Shown piece by piece: positions 29,716 through 40,129 of a stretch of 64,000 nucleotides of DNA; positions within the stretch are counted from its first letter, which is position 1; each line of letters starts with the position of its first letter. The notes under the pieces were generated by a model. That model made no database searches. It saw only the letters and a list, made by a program, of their open reading frames with translations, and had not been told where the DNA came from. Source of the DNA: Candidatus Kapaibacterium sp. (GTDB lineage Bacteria; Bacteroidota; Ignavibacteria; Kapaibacteriales; UBA2268); contig OY762428.1 in assembly GCA_963665665.1 (NCBI GenBank), positions 3,584,001 to 3,648,000 of the forward strand, given 5' to 3'. The position numbers were made by a program, and so were the translations under genes.

Positions 29716-31878
29716 ATGAAAAAGATTGTAATATTGCTTGCTTGCCTGTATTCTGTTGCTATTGTAAATGCTGAAGATTGGGAAAAAGTAAGTATCAAAC
29801 CGGGTTCTCAAACATTGAACGATATACTGGATGTGGACGGAGATATTGTTGTAAGCTTTGGTAATTTCGGGCTTATAAAAAGAAGTTCTGATTCGGGTTA
29901 TTCATGGGAGACAATCAGAGGTTCTTCGAAGAACAATAATTTGAATGCAGTAAGTTTGAGTGGTAGTGATTTATTTGCTGTCGGAGACAGGGGAGAAATG
30001 ATTAAATCAACAGATTATGGATTACGCTGGGAATATGTCGATATTTCAGTAGATAACGATCTTGCTGATATTGAATTCAAAGATAATATTGGCGTGGTAG
30101 TCGGCGACAATGGGTTGATACTTATTAGTTCTGATGGAGGTTTAAACTGGGAAATATCAGAAAGCCTTATTAACGATAATTTGAACGGAGTATGTTTAAG
30201 CGATAACAACTATTTGTTGGCTTATGGTGATAACGGAAGTTGTCTTCATTCATTTGATTCAGGAAAAAATTGGACATTGATCAACCTGGGAACGAGCAAC
30301 AAACTTACATGCCATACATCATCTGACAGCCTGATTATAATAGGAGGCGCTGGCCGGACATTAATTAAAAGTACTGATTATTTTAATTCGTTTGAATACG
30401 ATGAAAAAGATTTGCTTTTTGACTATTATAGTTCATTATTATACATTAAAAATGACATCCTGATAGCTGGCGGAACATTCAACGGCAGTAACGGGCAGGC
30501 ATGGTCTGATGACGGTGGAAAATCGTGGTACATTAGTAAATTCTTTGACGTACCATTTTTATCATATTCATTTTACTCAAATCACTTAGTAAGTTGTGGT
30601 TATTACGGTAGAATCTCAAACCTTGATATCACAGATGGTATAGAAAAGGATTTCTTTTTGCTCGGAGATATGGTTGAATCGGGAGATAAGCCTTATGAGT
30701 TTTGGGCTGTAAGAGGTTATGAAATGGAAAAAATTGTTGCCAACGAGGATAAAAATGTCTATTTGTCACTTGACAGCGGGATGACGTGGAAAAATATTAT
30801 TGAGCTTGATTTAAACAAAGTTGTCGATATTAAAATACCTTCTAGTGAAAAATTTATTGCCTTTATAGACAGTTCAAAATTTGTAACAGAAAATGGTAAA
30901 TCCTTTATGAAGCATTGGGCTGTAATAAAAATATCCGAAAACGACGGTAATACATGGAGAGATTATAAATCCGACAAAGAATTTTATATCATAAATGCCT
31001 CGACCCGGGATAATTATTTTGCAGTATTTGCTCCAAAAAACATTTTAATTAGCTCTGATGCCGGTAATAATTGGGATATAAAAGATATACCGGATAATAT
31101 TACGATTAAGTTCGGGATGGTTATTTCACCCGGAGTAATATATGCTATTGTATGGGATGGTACAAAGTATATTTTTGTTAGAACTGATAACGAATTTGCT
31201 GATTACCAGGTTATAAATAACAATATAGAAGCCGCAGTTAATTTTGATTTGGAATTTTTTGATGATTCAAATGGCTGGATTATGATTGGAAATGTTAATA
31301 ATACTGAAGCTAATAAAATATATAAAACAAATGACGGCGGAAAAACCTGGGTTGAGAATATGTCTCCACAACTACCACAGAGTGTTGGTTTGAATAATAT
31401 GGATTTTGTAAATCCTCAATATGGCTATTGCGCATGTAATTTTGGTTACGTCTATTTCACATCAGACAGCGGTACGACATGGATAGAACGGCCTGTTAAA
31501 AATGCAGGAGAAAAGCCGAAAGTAAATATCTATTATCCAAATATTAATTATGCTTTTTATGCCGATGGATATGGTATCTGGAGGTATCATGATGATATAA
31601 ACGTATCAGTACTTGATAATACTGATTTTTCCCTCAGAATGTTTATCTTCCCCAACCCCGCAGCAAATTCAATAACAATCCAGCCTGGAAATGATCTAAA
31701 CGACCTTGCTGAAATCAGCATTACCGATATGGAAGGGAATAGCGTTCTTAGCAAAACAGAATATATAATTACCGGGGATGAAATAAAACTTGATATTTCC
31801 ATGCTTCCCGCAGGCGCTTATGTTGTATCTGTCAGCAGCGGCGGCAATACCCTGAACAGTAAGTTTGTGAAGGAGTGA
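29716..31878 (+). CDS. YCF48/BNR-repeat beta-propeller protein with T9SS CTD
   Basis: Many S.D.G..W repeats; IFPNPA...LPAGAYVV...KFVKE. Confidence 0.85.
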   Translation: MKKIVILLACLYSVAIVNAEDWEKVSIKPGSQTLNDILDVDGDIVVSFGNFGLIKRSSDSGYSWETIRGSSKNNNLNAVSLSGSDLFAVGDRGEMIKSTDYGLRWEYVDISVDNDLADIEFKDNIGVVVGDNGLILISSDGGLNWEISESLINDNLNGVCLSDNNYLLAYGDNGSCLHSFDSGKNWTLINLGTSNKLTCHTSSDSLIIIGGAGRTLIKSTDYFNSFEYDEKDLLFDYYSSLLYIKNDILIAGGTFNGSNGQAWSDDGGKSWYISKFFDVPFLSYSFYSNHLVSCGYYGRISNLDITDGIEKDFFLLGDMVESGDKPYEFWAVRGYEMEKIVANEDKNVYLSLDSGMTWKNIIELDLNKVVDIKIPSSEKFIAFIDSSKFVTENGKSFMKHWAVIKISENDGNTWRDYKSDKEFYIINASTRDNYFAVFAPKNILISSDAGNNWDIKDIPDNITIKFGMVISPGVIYAIVWDGTKYIFVRTDNEFADYQVINNNIEAAVNFDLEFFDDSNGWIMIGNVNNTEANKIYKTNDGGKTWVENMSPQLPQSVGLNNMDFVNPQYGYCACNFGYVYFTSDSGTTWIERPVKNAGEKPKVNIYYPNINYAFYADGYGIWRYHDDINVSVLDNTDFSLRMFIFPNPAANSITIQPGNDLNDLAEISITDMEGNSVLSKTEYIITGDEIKLDISMLPAGAYVVSVSSGGNTLNSKFVKE

Positions 31879-31942
31879 GATAGCTAACAGAATAACGGGG
31901 GAGTATCACTCCCCTGTTTAAAATCAAAAAAAGGAGAAACAA

Positions 31943-33055
31943 ATGAAATTAGTATTTCTATTCCTGATTTTATCATGGAATTATTTATCCGGCGGTATAT
32001 TGGAAAAAGGACAAGAATTTTTACTCTCAAATGATGACATTTGTACTTTTTCAAGTAATTATGAAAATATTCTTTTCGATGGAGAACTGTTTTTCTGCCA
32101 TTACCAGCTTGATGAAAATTGTAAGGCCACGATTTTTAACCATGACAGCAGCAGAGAGTTTACGTTCGAAATTCCCTATGATTTAATTGATAATGAATAT
32201 CCTTGTGAAATTCAGGAAATACATAACCTGAGTTATACTAACGGCAAACTATTTTTTAATAATTATGCCAAAATTCTAATGTATGAATTCGATGGAAATA
32301 ATTTCATCTTTAAGAAAATTTATGATGTAAATAAAATTTTTCCCAATACAAATATAAGTTATGTACCTTCGTTCAAGGTTATAAATAATGTCGTACACGG
32401 CCTGATACTTGATTATAATTCCTCTAATGAATTTCATGAAAAGCCAGGGTATTTTTCTTTCGATTTGTCAAATACACTTAAAAACAAATGGGTTCAACCA
32501 TTATCTATTGAAGGTTTCTATTGGACTCTGTTTCAACCACGTATTTGTATGGACGTAAATGAATCAAATCTCATCGTATCTGATATCACAAGCTACAGGA
32601 TTAAAATATATGATACTAAGGGAAATATCCTGGATACCCTGACAAGAACAATTGATGATTGGCGTGCAGTAAAATATAAAAATGATGATTTCAAATATAA
32701 AGAACCACGTTATTATATAAATAAATTACAGGGTGATTCGATCACAACATCGCTTATTCACCGCGTGGAATTTGTAAAGGAGGATCATATTTTAGTGTGT
32801 TATTCAATTAATAGGGACAAAAAAAGCCAGGAGCTATATCAATTGTATTATGATTTATGGGAAAAGGATGGCAATTCGTGGATACTAAAATACCATGACA
32901 TAAAGAATACTGATATTAATGAAGACAACTCTGATCCTGGTGCTCCAAGGCTTGATACTGGTTACTTCATTTATGGCGAAGATGTTTATAATATCCGAAA
33001 CGGATTTGATAATGATGGCAAAGCATATATTTTAAAAAGATCAATAATATTATGA
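31943..33055 (+). CDS. Secreted hypothetical protein (probable beta-propeller)
   Basis: AGGAG RBS, signal peptide, YRIKIYDTKG-type blade motif. Confidence 0.65.
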   Translation: MKLVFLFLILSWNYLSGGILEKGQEFLLSNDDICTFSSNYENILFDGELFFCHYQLDENCKATIFNHDSSREFTFEIPYDLIDNEYPCEIQEIHNLSYTNGKLFFNNYAKILMYEFDGNNFIFKKIYDVNKIFPNTNISYVPSFKVINNVVHGLILDYNSSNEFHEKPGYFSFDLSNTLKNKWVQPLSIEGFYWTLFQPRICMDVNESNLIVSDITSYRIKIYDTKGNILDTLTRTIDDWRAVKYKNDDFKYKEPRYYINKLQGDSITTSLIHRVEFVKEDHILVCYSINRDKKSQELYQLYYDLWEKDGNSWILKYHDIKNTDINEDNSDPGAPRLDTGYFIYGEDVYNIRNGFDNDGKAYILKRSIIL

Positions 33056-33524
33056 CAATACATAGACTATATGTTTTGTTTTTTATCTTAATGGTTTGTT
33101 CAAATAACACATTGTTCGATCAAAATTTGAATGATGTTCAATTTAAAAATTACAATAACACTGTTTTCATTGTTTGTGATAATTTGTTTTGCAAGGATTG
33201 CTTGTATAATCTGAACAAAGTACAGCATATTTGGCGAAATAATTATAAAACAGTTCTAATTACCAAAGCCAAGAAGGATAAAAAAACGATATACGGAATA
33301 TCAAAATTTTTCAGAAAACAATTGCATTTTGACGAAATACTATTTATCGAAGGAGAAAGATATTTTGGATTCAGCACATTATGTATTGATAAATATGAAT
33401 TCAGGCAAACTCCGGGTTTAATCGTGAAAATAATGATACCTGCTTTTCGGTAGATTACGAAATGATTTTTGGTGGCAATTATGATACATTGTCTCTGAAG
33501 AAAAAACTTCAAAAATATTTTTAA
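33052..33524 (+). pseudogene. Thioredoxin-like (CxxC) hypothetical protein, probably frameshifted at 33427-33430
   Basis: FCKDC and TP motifs; annotated frame stops at 33453, -1 frame continues NNDTCFSVDYEMIFGG...LQKYF to TAA 33522-33524. Confidence 0.5.
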
Positions 33525-33535
33525 ACCCCGATGAT

Positions 33536-33606
33536 GCGGCACTACCCTGAGCGGGAAGTTTGTGAAGGAGTGAGGATAGATAGAAAACATCCGATGGCTT
33601 GAAGCC
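33536..33606 (+). repeat. Orphan T9SS-CTD gene tail + palindrome half; 71-bp exact copy of 38645-38715
   Basis: gcggcactaccctgagcgggaagtttgtgaaggagtgaggatagatagaaaacatccgatggcttgaagcc. Confidence 0.95.
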
Positions 33607-33962
33607 GCTGGTTGGATACGGCTAAATCCAATTGCCCCATAGCAATATAGCATTAAAAAAAATAATAAAAAATCTATTTTTTTTTTGATTTTCAGATAAT
33701 TTTGTATATTGGGTTCATCGAATTAGAAGAACAAGACAAACAGGGAAATATACCAGTTGCCGGGTAGTATTCGTGTGCTAATTAATTGATATTAAAAGTT
33801 TAGAAATACTTTTGGGGAGGCTTATGTAAGAAGAAAAAAGAAAATAATAACCGACGGCCGGAAGCCGCCGGCTCATCGACGCGGAATAGCAGTTCCGCAT
33901 GATATTGTATTAGATATTTTAATTTAATGAAAGTTTTTGAAATGAAAAAATTTAGTTTGTTA
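33596..33962 (+). repeat. Module leader, copy 2
   Basis: Near-identical to 27988-28354 except the central ~100 bp and poly-T length (10 vs 12). Confidence 0.95.
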
Positions 33963-36326
33963 GTTCTATTTTGGATAGTATTTTTTATCACCAATTTAAA
34001 TGCTGAATACGCTTTGGATTCAACACTAATTTCTGTACAGCCAATTGAAATTTCAAGTCCCCCTAATCCTCAAATTGGAGATACAATTACAATTTCAGCA
34101 AAATTTAAATCTGAAAAATGCACAAATGCTCATAGTGTTTTTATTTTTTCTGAAAATATTAAGCCTGTATCATATCAGGGAGATTCATTGTTTTTATATG
34201 AAAATATTTATTTAGATTCAGGAGTAGTATATACAAAATCGTATGATGTAATCTTAAATAGCGTCGGAATTAGTAGTATTTCATTGGGAGCCAGTTTGCC
34301 AAGTACCTCATTTGCTCCTCACCAAAATGATATTCAAAACAGAATTATAAAAGCAGATATGTCAGGAATGTTTAGTTGGACTTTTAGTGATAATGATTTT
34401 TTAGGAGATACATATACTGAAGATATTGATCCAAATTGGCCGGGACTTACTGGAATTCCTAATAGAAGAATTGTTTACAGGGGGGCTGCAAAATTTATAG
34501 ATGTCAATGGGGATAATTACAGAAGACCATACTATCGATATAAATCAGCTTATACAATAGCCCGAATTTGGTTTAAATTACCAAATGACAATACTCTTTA
34601 TCATCCTGTACCACTAAGCAATGGAGAATATATTGAAGGGGTACATTATGCAAAATGTGACGATAATGGAAATTTTGAATTTGATATATCATTTGATAAA
34701 GATTTCCCAGTATCAGATGGAGTAAAAATTGTCATAATGATACAAAAAAACAATGAAGCTATTAACCTTGAAAGCGGAACAGGACATTATGAAGTTAATT
34801 TAGATGATGGATTATCAACAATTTTAAATTTAATGTATAACTTTCAGGAATTTGATGTTAATACTTATCAAAATGAACAATATTTTTTAAAGAATGATTG
34901 GCCGGATGTTGACCAAGACAACTCATTATTTAAAATACATTGGGCTGATGGACCAGCGTTGAGATATTGCACTTTGTCAAGAAGATTCGTAAAAGAAAGA
35001 TTTGATGTTCAAGATTATAGTCAACTTCCGTTCAGTTTACCGACTGAGGATGTAGTAATTTATAAGAATTATCCGTTTGCAGGTAAATATAATAATAGAA
35101 CTAATTGGAGTGGACCGATACATTTTAAATATAATAAACAGACAATTATGGTTGTTTCTCATGAATATGGACATTATGTTGATCATGCAATGGATGATTT
35201 TTATTTTGTGGGTAATCCTGAAAATACAGAGGGATTTGCTATGTTTTTCTCTGCGGCAGTTGCAGCTTATTGTAATAATAAGTTCGGTGATGATTTTGGA
35301 TTTATAGATAATTGTGAAATGGCTCCATTTTATTACGTTACGTGGGATTCTGATCCGTCAAATTCCGTAAGATTTGGCAATATGAATAAAACATTAAGTA
35401 ATGTTAATATGTCAAAATTCGCATCTTATCTTTGGCAAGTATATGATAGTAAAAATGATGGATATTTTATGGCAAATTCTTACTTTGGATGCCAAGATGA
35501 TATTAATGGTTATAATAATGACGATTTTGAAAATTTTGGGAAACAATTGTTTGAAATCTGGATAGATTATCCTAATGGGTATGCTATAAATTTTCATAAT
35601 TATTTAAAGAATAGATTACTTACACAAGATGAACAAGATGCGCTTGACAGGATATATGAATGTATGGATTTTGATAATGATGGTGTTTTTGGAAATATTT
35701 ATCCTACTCAACCAAAAGATATATCTTATCAAAATATTGATGTAAATAATTATCAAATAATGTGGGAAAGTGGATCTTATGAGAATGCCTCATATTCAAG
35801 AGTTGACAGAGGGATTTCCTCTGGTCAGGCTAATTTCAGAAATTTTGAAGATGGATATGTAATTGAAGAATTTGACAATGGAAATTATATTTTTAGTAGT
35901 TCATATTCTATTTTAGATAATAATTCAGTTGATTTAAACAAAAATTCGGCATACAGATTAAGTTCTATTTCATCTGTCAATTCTAATACTTCATTATTTC
36001 CAATTTCACTAGAATGTCCATTCCCAAAAACGAGATATTGTGATTTTTCTTTTGATGTAGCAAAGGATATTGTAAAACCAAACCCGGTAATTGATAATTG
36101 TAGCTTAATTTTAAATTTGAAATCAGTCAGTTATGTTCGGATTTTATTATATAACAATCAAGATTTTGTATCAGAAATTTATTCCGGAACACCGATACAA
36201 ATCAATAATGAAGTCAATATTAATTGTAATAAATTTGCCTCTGGATGTTATTTCTTTGTTATTGAGAAATATTATCAAAGCAATGATAAAAAGACTAATG
36301 ATATTATAAAGTTTGTTAAGTTATAA
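33942..36326 (+). CDS. Secreted HExxH zinc metalloprotease-like protein with T9SS CTD
   Basis: Signal peptide; SHEYGH...TEGFA gluzincin-like motif; VKPNPV...FASGCYF...KFVKL. Confidence 0.7.
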   Translation: MKKFSLLVLFWIVFFITNLNAEYALDSTLISVQPIEISSPPNPQIGDTITISAKFKSEKCTNAHSVFIFSENIKPVSYQGDSLFLYENIYLDSGVVYTKSYDVILNSVGISSISLGASLPSTSFAPHQNDIQNRIIKADMSGMFSWTFSDNDFLGDTYTEDIDPNWPGLTGIPNRRIVYRGAAKFIDVNGDNYRRPYYRYKSAYTIARIWFKLPNDNTLYHPVPLSNGEYIEGVHYAKCDDNGNFEFDISFDKDFPVSDGVKIVIMIQKNNEAINLESGTGHYEVNLDDGLSTILNLMYNFQEFDVNTYQNEQYFLKNDWPDVDQDNSLFKIHWADGPALRYCTLSRRFVKERFDVQDYSQLPFSLPTEDVVIYKNYPFAGKYNNRTNWSGPIHFKYNKQTIMVVSHEYGHYVDHAMDDFYFVGNPENTEGFAMFFSAAVAAYCNNKFGDDFGFIDNCEMAPFYYVTWDSDPSNSVRFGNMNKTLSNVNMSKFASYLWQVYDSKNDGYFMANSYFGCQDDINGYNNDDFENFGKQLFEIWIDYPNGYAINFHNYLKNRLLTQDEQDALDRIYECMDFDNDGVFGNIYPTQPKDISYQNIDVNNYQIMWESGSYENASYSRVDRGISSGQANFRNFEDGYVIEEFDNGNYIFSSSYSILDNNSVDLNKNSAYRLSSISSVNSNTSLFPISLECPFPKTRYCDFSFDVAKDIVKPNPVIDNCSLILNLKSVSYVRILLYNNQDFVSEIYSGTPIQINNEVNINCNKFASGCYFFVIEKYYQSNDKKTNDIIKFVKL

Positions 36327-36342
36327 TTATTTGAGGATTTTT

Positions 36343-38682
36343 ATGAAAAAAATAATCATTTTTTTAATTTTAATTCAAATAAATCACCTTGCTGCCGGGA
36401 CATTCGTTCCCAACCGGGGGCAGTGGCCCGGAGAAGTTAGATTTATGGCTGAGACAAATGGCGCTAATGCCTGGTATACTGATGCAGGAGTTGTTTATGA
36501 TTTCCATACTGATATTATAACTGATGATAGCATAGTTGTAAGAAAAGGGCATGTTGTCGGAATGAGATTCATTGAAAATGAAAGAATTGTCAGTTTGGAG
36601 AAACATGAAGGAAGAATAGCAACCGGCTCCAAAAATAATTATTTCATTGGTTTTGACAGAACTAAATGGCAAACGAATGTGCCAGTTTATAAAGAATTGA
36701 ATTTTTCTATTTTTTCGGCCACTGCACGCTTTTATACAGAAGATGAATTTTTAAGATACGACATAGTTATTCCTGCCGGAGTATGCCCAGAAAATTACAG
36801 CCTTGAATTTTCCGGTCAAAAATCAATTGATCTTATCAATAACGAAATAATACTTGAAACATCAATTGGCAAAATAATCAACTCTAAAATGAAAACCTAC
36901 CAGTTAAAAGACGGTAGGAAAATTCCTGTTGACTGTCGAATTGTCTTTGATAAAAAAAACAGAATAAAATTTATTCCAGGAAATTATGACCCATCACGAG
37001 ATCTAATAATTGACCCTCTATTATTTTGCTCTTTTGTTGGTGGTTCTTCAAACGAGTATATGAGTAAAGGCTTTACCATGAATAACGATAGAAACGCCGT
37101 GTTTACCGGAATGACCAGTTCTTCAGATTTCCCGAGAAGCGAGGGAGCTTATCAAAGCGAATATAAAAACGGGAATAATTATTGTTTTATAACAAAAATT
37201 GATACAGATAATGAAAAACTATTATTTTCGACATTTTATGGTTCAGGTAAATATGAATGCGGAGAAGAAATTCAATTCGATGACGCAGGTAATATTATTG
37301 TAATTGGGACGACGCAAAATCTAATTCCAGTTACAGAAAATGCCTACCAAAAAGCATATGGTGGAAATATTGATAATTTCATTTGCAAATTCACTCCTTC
37401 CGGCGATAGCCTTATTTTTTCAACAATGCTCGGAGGTTGCGATGCAGATATAAGTTCCCCATTCTTTTGGATTGATGGAGACAATAGTATTACAATTATT
37501 GGAACCAGTAAATCTCATGATTATCCTGTAACAACTGATGCAATACAGAAAGTATGGCCTGAGAATGCAATTACTCAGGGAGTTATTACAAAAATTTCTG
37601 CCGATGGTTCAGAACTAATTTATTCTTCTTTCCTGGGTAATTGCCTGGAAACAGTAATCACTGGCGCTGATATAAATGAAAGCGGGGAAATATATATTGG
37701 CGGTTGGCAAAGAGGGGATGGTTTTCCGGTTACAAAAAATGCTATCCGGAATGAAATAGAATATGAAAATGAAAAATTCTTAGTAAAAATCAATTCAGAC
37801 CTTGATAGTATATTATATTCCACTTATTTATATAATGACCAAATCTATGGAATAGAACAAATTAAATGTTCTAAAAATAATGAAGTATATCAGATATTAA
37901 ATTCTGAAAAAAGTGGATATTCAGCTACGGATACTATTAGTGTAATGAGTTTGAATGGCCCAAGAAATACAAAACTATTAAATAAATTTATTGATATTCC
38001 AAATAATATGGAACGCGAGATTCTTCTTGGTATGATGGGAAGTGCTGATGTTACAGATATTGAAATTGATAGAAAGGGTAATTTATACTTATCTACAAAT
38101 AGTATAAATGATACCCGTGATTTTTCAACTTCAAATGCATTGCAAAATGGATATGAGGTTTGGGCAGGCGGAGGTTTATATATTATTGATAATGAGTTGA
38201 AATATTTTAGGCTGGCCTCATATTTTGGTAATGATACAGAGGATTGTTCCACAGACATTAGATGTATTAAAATTGTTGATGAATATGATTTCTATTTTGC
38301 AGGGCTAACCCAGGGTACATTACCAATTACTAGTGATGTAGGCGGGATAAATGGAAAAATGAAAAGTTCTGTTTTTTTAGCAAGAGCTGTAATTGAACCT
38401 TTGAAAGTTGAAGAAATAGGATTTAACGGAGTTCAAAATAATATTTCTTTATATCCAAATCCGGCAAAAAGTGAAATAACAATAAAGCCTGAAAAAGAAC
38501 TAAACGGCCTTGCTGAAATCAGCATCAATGATATGGAAGGGAAAATCGTTCTTAGCAAAACAGAATATATAATTTCCGGAAATGAAATAAACTTAGATGT
38601 TTCCATGATTCCAGCAGGTGCTTATGTTGTATCTGTCACCAGCGGCGGCACTACCCTGAGCGGGAAGTTTGTGAAGGAGTGA
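36343..38682 (+). CDS. SBBP-repeat beta-propeller protein with T9SS CTD
   Basis: FVPNRGQW N-domain, LIIDPL, G.TSSSDFP and FSTFYG repeats; LYPNPA...KFVKE. Confidence 0.85.
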   Translation: MKKIIIFLILIQINHLAAGTFVPNRGQWPGEVRFMAETNGANAWYTDAGVVYDFHTDIITDDSIVVRKGHVVGMRFIENERIVSLEKHEGRIATGSKNNYFIGFDRTKWQTNVPVYKELNFSIFSATARFYTEDEFLRYDIVIPAGVCPENYSLEFSGQKSIDLINNEIILETSIGKIINSKMKTYQLKDGRKIPVDCRIVFDKKNRIKFIPGNYDPSRDLIIDPLLFCSFVGGSSNEYMSKGFTMNNDRNAVFTGMTSSSDFPRSEGAYQSEYKNGNNYCFITKIDTDNEKLLFSTFYGSGKYECGEEIQFDDAGNIIVIGTTQNLIPVTENAYQKAYGGNIDNFICKFTPSGDSLIFSTMLGGCDADISSPFFWIDGDNSITIIGTSKSHDYPVTTDAIQKVWPENAITQGVITKISADGSELIYSSFLGNCLETVITGADINESGEIYIGGWQRGDGFPVTKNAIRNEIEYENEKFLVKINSDLDSILYSTYLYNDQIYGIEQIKCSKNNEVYQILNSEKSGYSATDTISVMSLNGPRNTKLLNKFIDIPNNMEREILLGMMGSADVTDIEIDRKGNLYLSTNSINDTRDFSTSNALQNGYEVWAGGGLYIIDNELKYFRLASYFGNDTEDCSTDIRCIKIVDEYDFYFAGLTQGTLPITSDVGGINGKMKSSVFLARAVIEPLKVEEIGFNGVQNNISLYPNPAKSEITIKPEKELNGLAEISINDMEGKIVLSKTEYIISGNEINLDVSMIPAGAYVVSVTSGGTTLSGKFVKE

Positions 38683-38696
38683 GGATAGATAGAAAA

Positions 38697-38723
38697 CATC
38701 CGATGGCTTGAAGCCATCGGATG
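38697..38723. repeat. Perfect palindrome (REP-like) at island right boundary
   Basis: catccgatggc-ttgaa-gccatcggatg. Confidence 0.85.
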
Positions 38724-38751
38724 AATAAAAAATCAGGGAAAATTTGATTAT

Positions 38752-39654
38752 CTAAATCATTTTCATTGTGAAATCAACGAGGTTTTTATACATAATTTTT
38801 TCAACCTGTTCCTCGCTGAGTTTAAGGTCTTCGCGCAGGATGTTTTCAACATCAGGGTATTCGCTGACATCGCTGAAAGGCGTTTTATCCATTCCGTCGA
38901 AATCGGCGCCAAGGCCAAGAGTATTTTCAGCGCCCATCTCCATGAAATGCTCAACATGCCTTGCAAATGCTTTCCTAATTTCATTCCTGTCTTCAGAATC
39001 TGAAATAAATATAGAGTAAAAATTCAAGCCAATAAATCCGCCCCGGTTGATTATTTCTTTTGCCTGATCGTCATATAAATTTCGAGGGTGGTCAAATATC
39101 CGGCGGGAATTTGAATGGCTCGCTGCAAAGGGCACCCTGGCTGTTTTTACCACATCGTCGAACCCGGCATTATTAATATGGGAAACATCGATTATCATTC
39201 TGAGTTTTTCCATTTCCTCCACCACCTCCCTGCCGAAAGTAGTCAGCCCGAAGGGATTATCAACTCCGTCGGCTACGAAATTCCTGTGGTTCCAGGTAAG
39301 TGTCATGGCTCTGACGCCAAGCTGGTAAAAGGCATATAAGTTACTGATATTATCTATAATCGGCGTTGCGCCTTCGAGCGAAAGTATCACGTTAACTTTG
39401 TTTTCGTCAAAATCTTCAGGCCTGCCAAGATGCTGAATCCTTTCATCTTTCTTCCGCCAGAAATTACCAATGCAGGAGGCGGCTTCCCTGAATGCAGTAT
39501 CGCCGTGTGAAGGCGGCAACACGCATACGGCAAAATATTGCAAAATACCGTTAACTTTATTAAATTTTTCAAGGTTCCAATGAGCATCCTTTTTATCGAA
39601 AGGGGTGTCGATAAACTTTAAAATAGTATCGCAGTGAGCATCTGCAACTTTCAT
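38752..39654 (-). CDS. Membrane dipeptidase (peptidase M19)
   Basis: DAHCD, LSLEG, LTWN, IDVSH, ASHSN, HPRN, GADFDG. Confidence 0.93.
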   Translation of the reverse strand: MKVADAHCDTILKFIDTPFDKKDAHWNLEKFNKVNGILQYFAVCVLPPSHGDTAFREAASCIGNFWRKKDERIQHLGRPEDFDENKVNVILSLEGATPIIDNISNLYAFYQLGVRAMTLTWNHRNFVADGVDNPFGLTTFGREVVEEMEKLRMIIDVSHINNAGFDDVVKTARVPFAASHSNSRRIFDHPRNLYDDQAKEIINRGGFIGLNFYSIFISDSEDRNEIRKAFARHVEHFMEMGAENTLGLGADFDGMDKTPFSDVSEYPDVENILREDLKLSEEQVEKIMYKNLVDFTMKMI

Positions 39655-39688
39655 AATTTTATTCTCTCCGTTGTTACGTTAATTTCAT

Positions 39689-40129
39689 TTACCATTCCCA
39701 TGTTGCGATCTTACCTTCAAAAACAGACGGGGTATTTCCGAAAGTATCGGTATATTCACAACTGATATTAATGAAACCCGGGGTTGGATCAACTGGAGGG
39801 ACGAATAACAATTTTTTTATTGAAATTTTTTGCTGGCCGGACTGAAAATCCCCTGCAAAATAATTATTCGATGAATTCAGGTGCAGGGTAACAAACTCGC
39901 CTGTGTTATTAGATATTATCAGGTCGGCCTGCCTGTTCCCTTCGCCCTTTATATGAACTTCGGTTTTAATATCATTTCCAATTTGCATAATTATAGGCGA
40001 TTCCAGCATGGTAGCGGCTGCATCAGAAATTTTGTTTTCTTCTGTATCATTTGTTTCCAACAAGAAAAACATAAAGAAAGCTATACCGATAATAACGAGA
40101 AGCAGGGCGATTAATCTTCTTGAATCCAT
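39689..40129 (-). CDS. Hypothetical protein with N-terminal membrane anchor
   Basis: 146-aa ORF filling the gap, N-terminal TM helix. Confidence 0.6.
   Translation of the reverse strand: MDSRRLIALLLVIIGIAFFMFFLLETNDTEENKISDAAATMLESPIIMQIGNDIKTEVHIKGEGNRQADLIISNNTGEFVTLHLNSSNNYFAGDFQSGQQKISIKKLLFVPPVDPTPGFINISCEYTDTFGNTPSVFEGKIATWEW

Noticed and set aside
27988-38723. Classical integron with attC sites
   Set aside because: No IntI gene, and the boundaries lack the RYYYAAC...GTTRRRY attC ends; reported instead as a distinct cassette-like structure.
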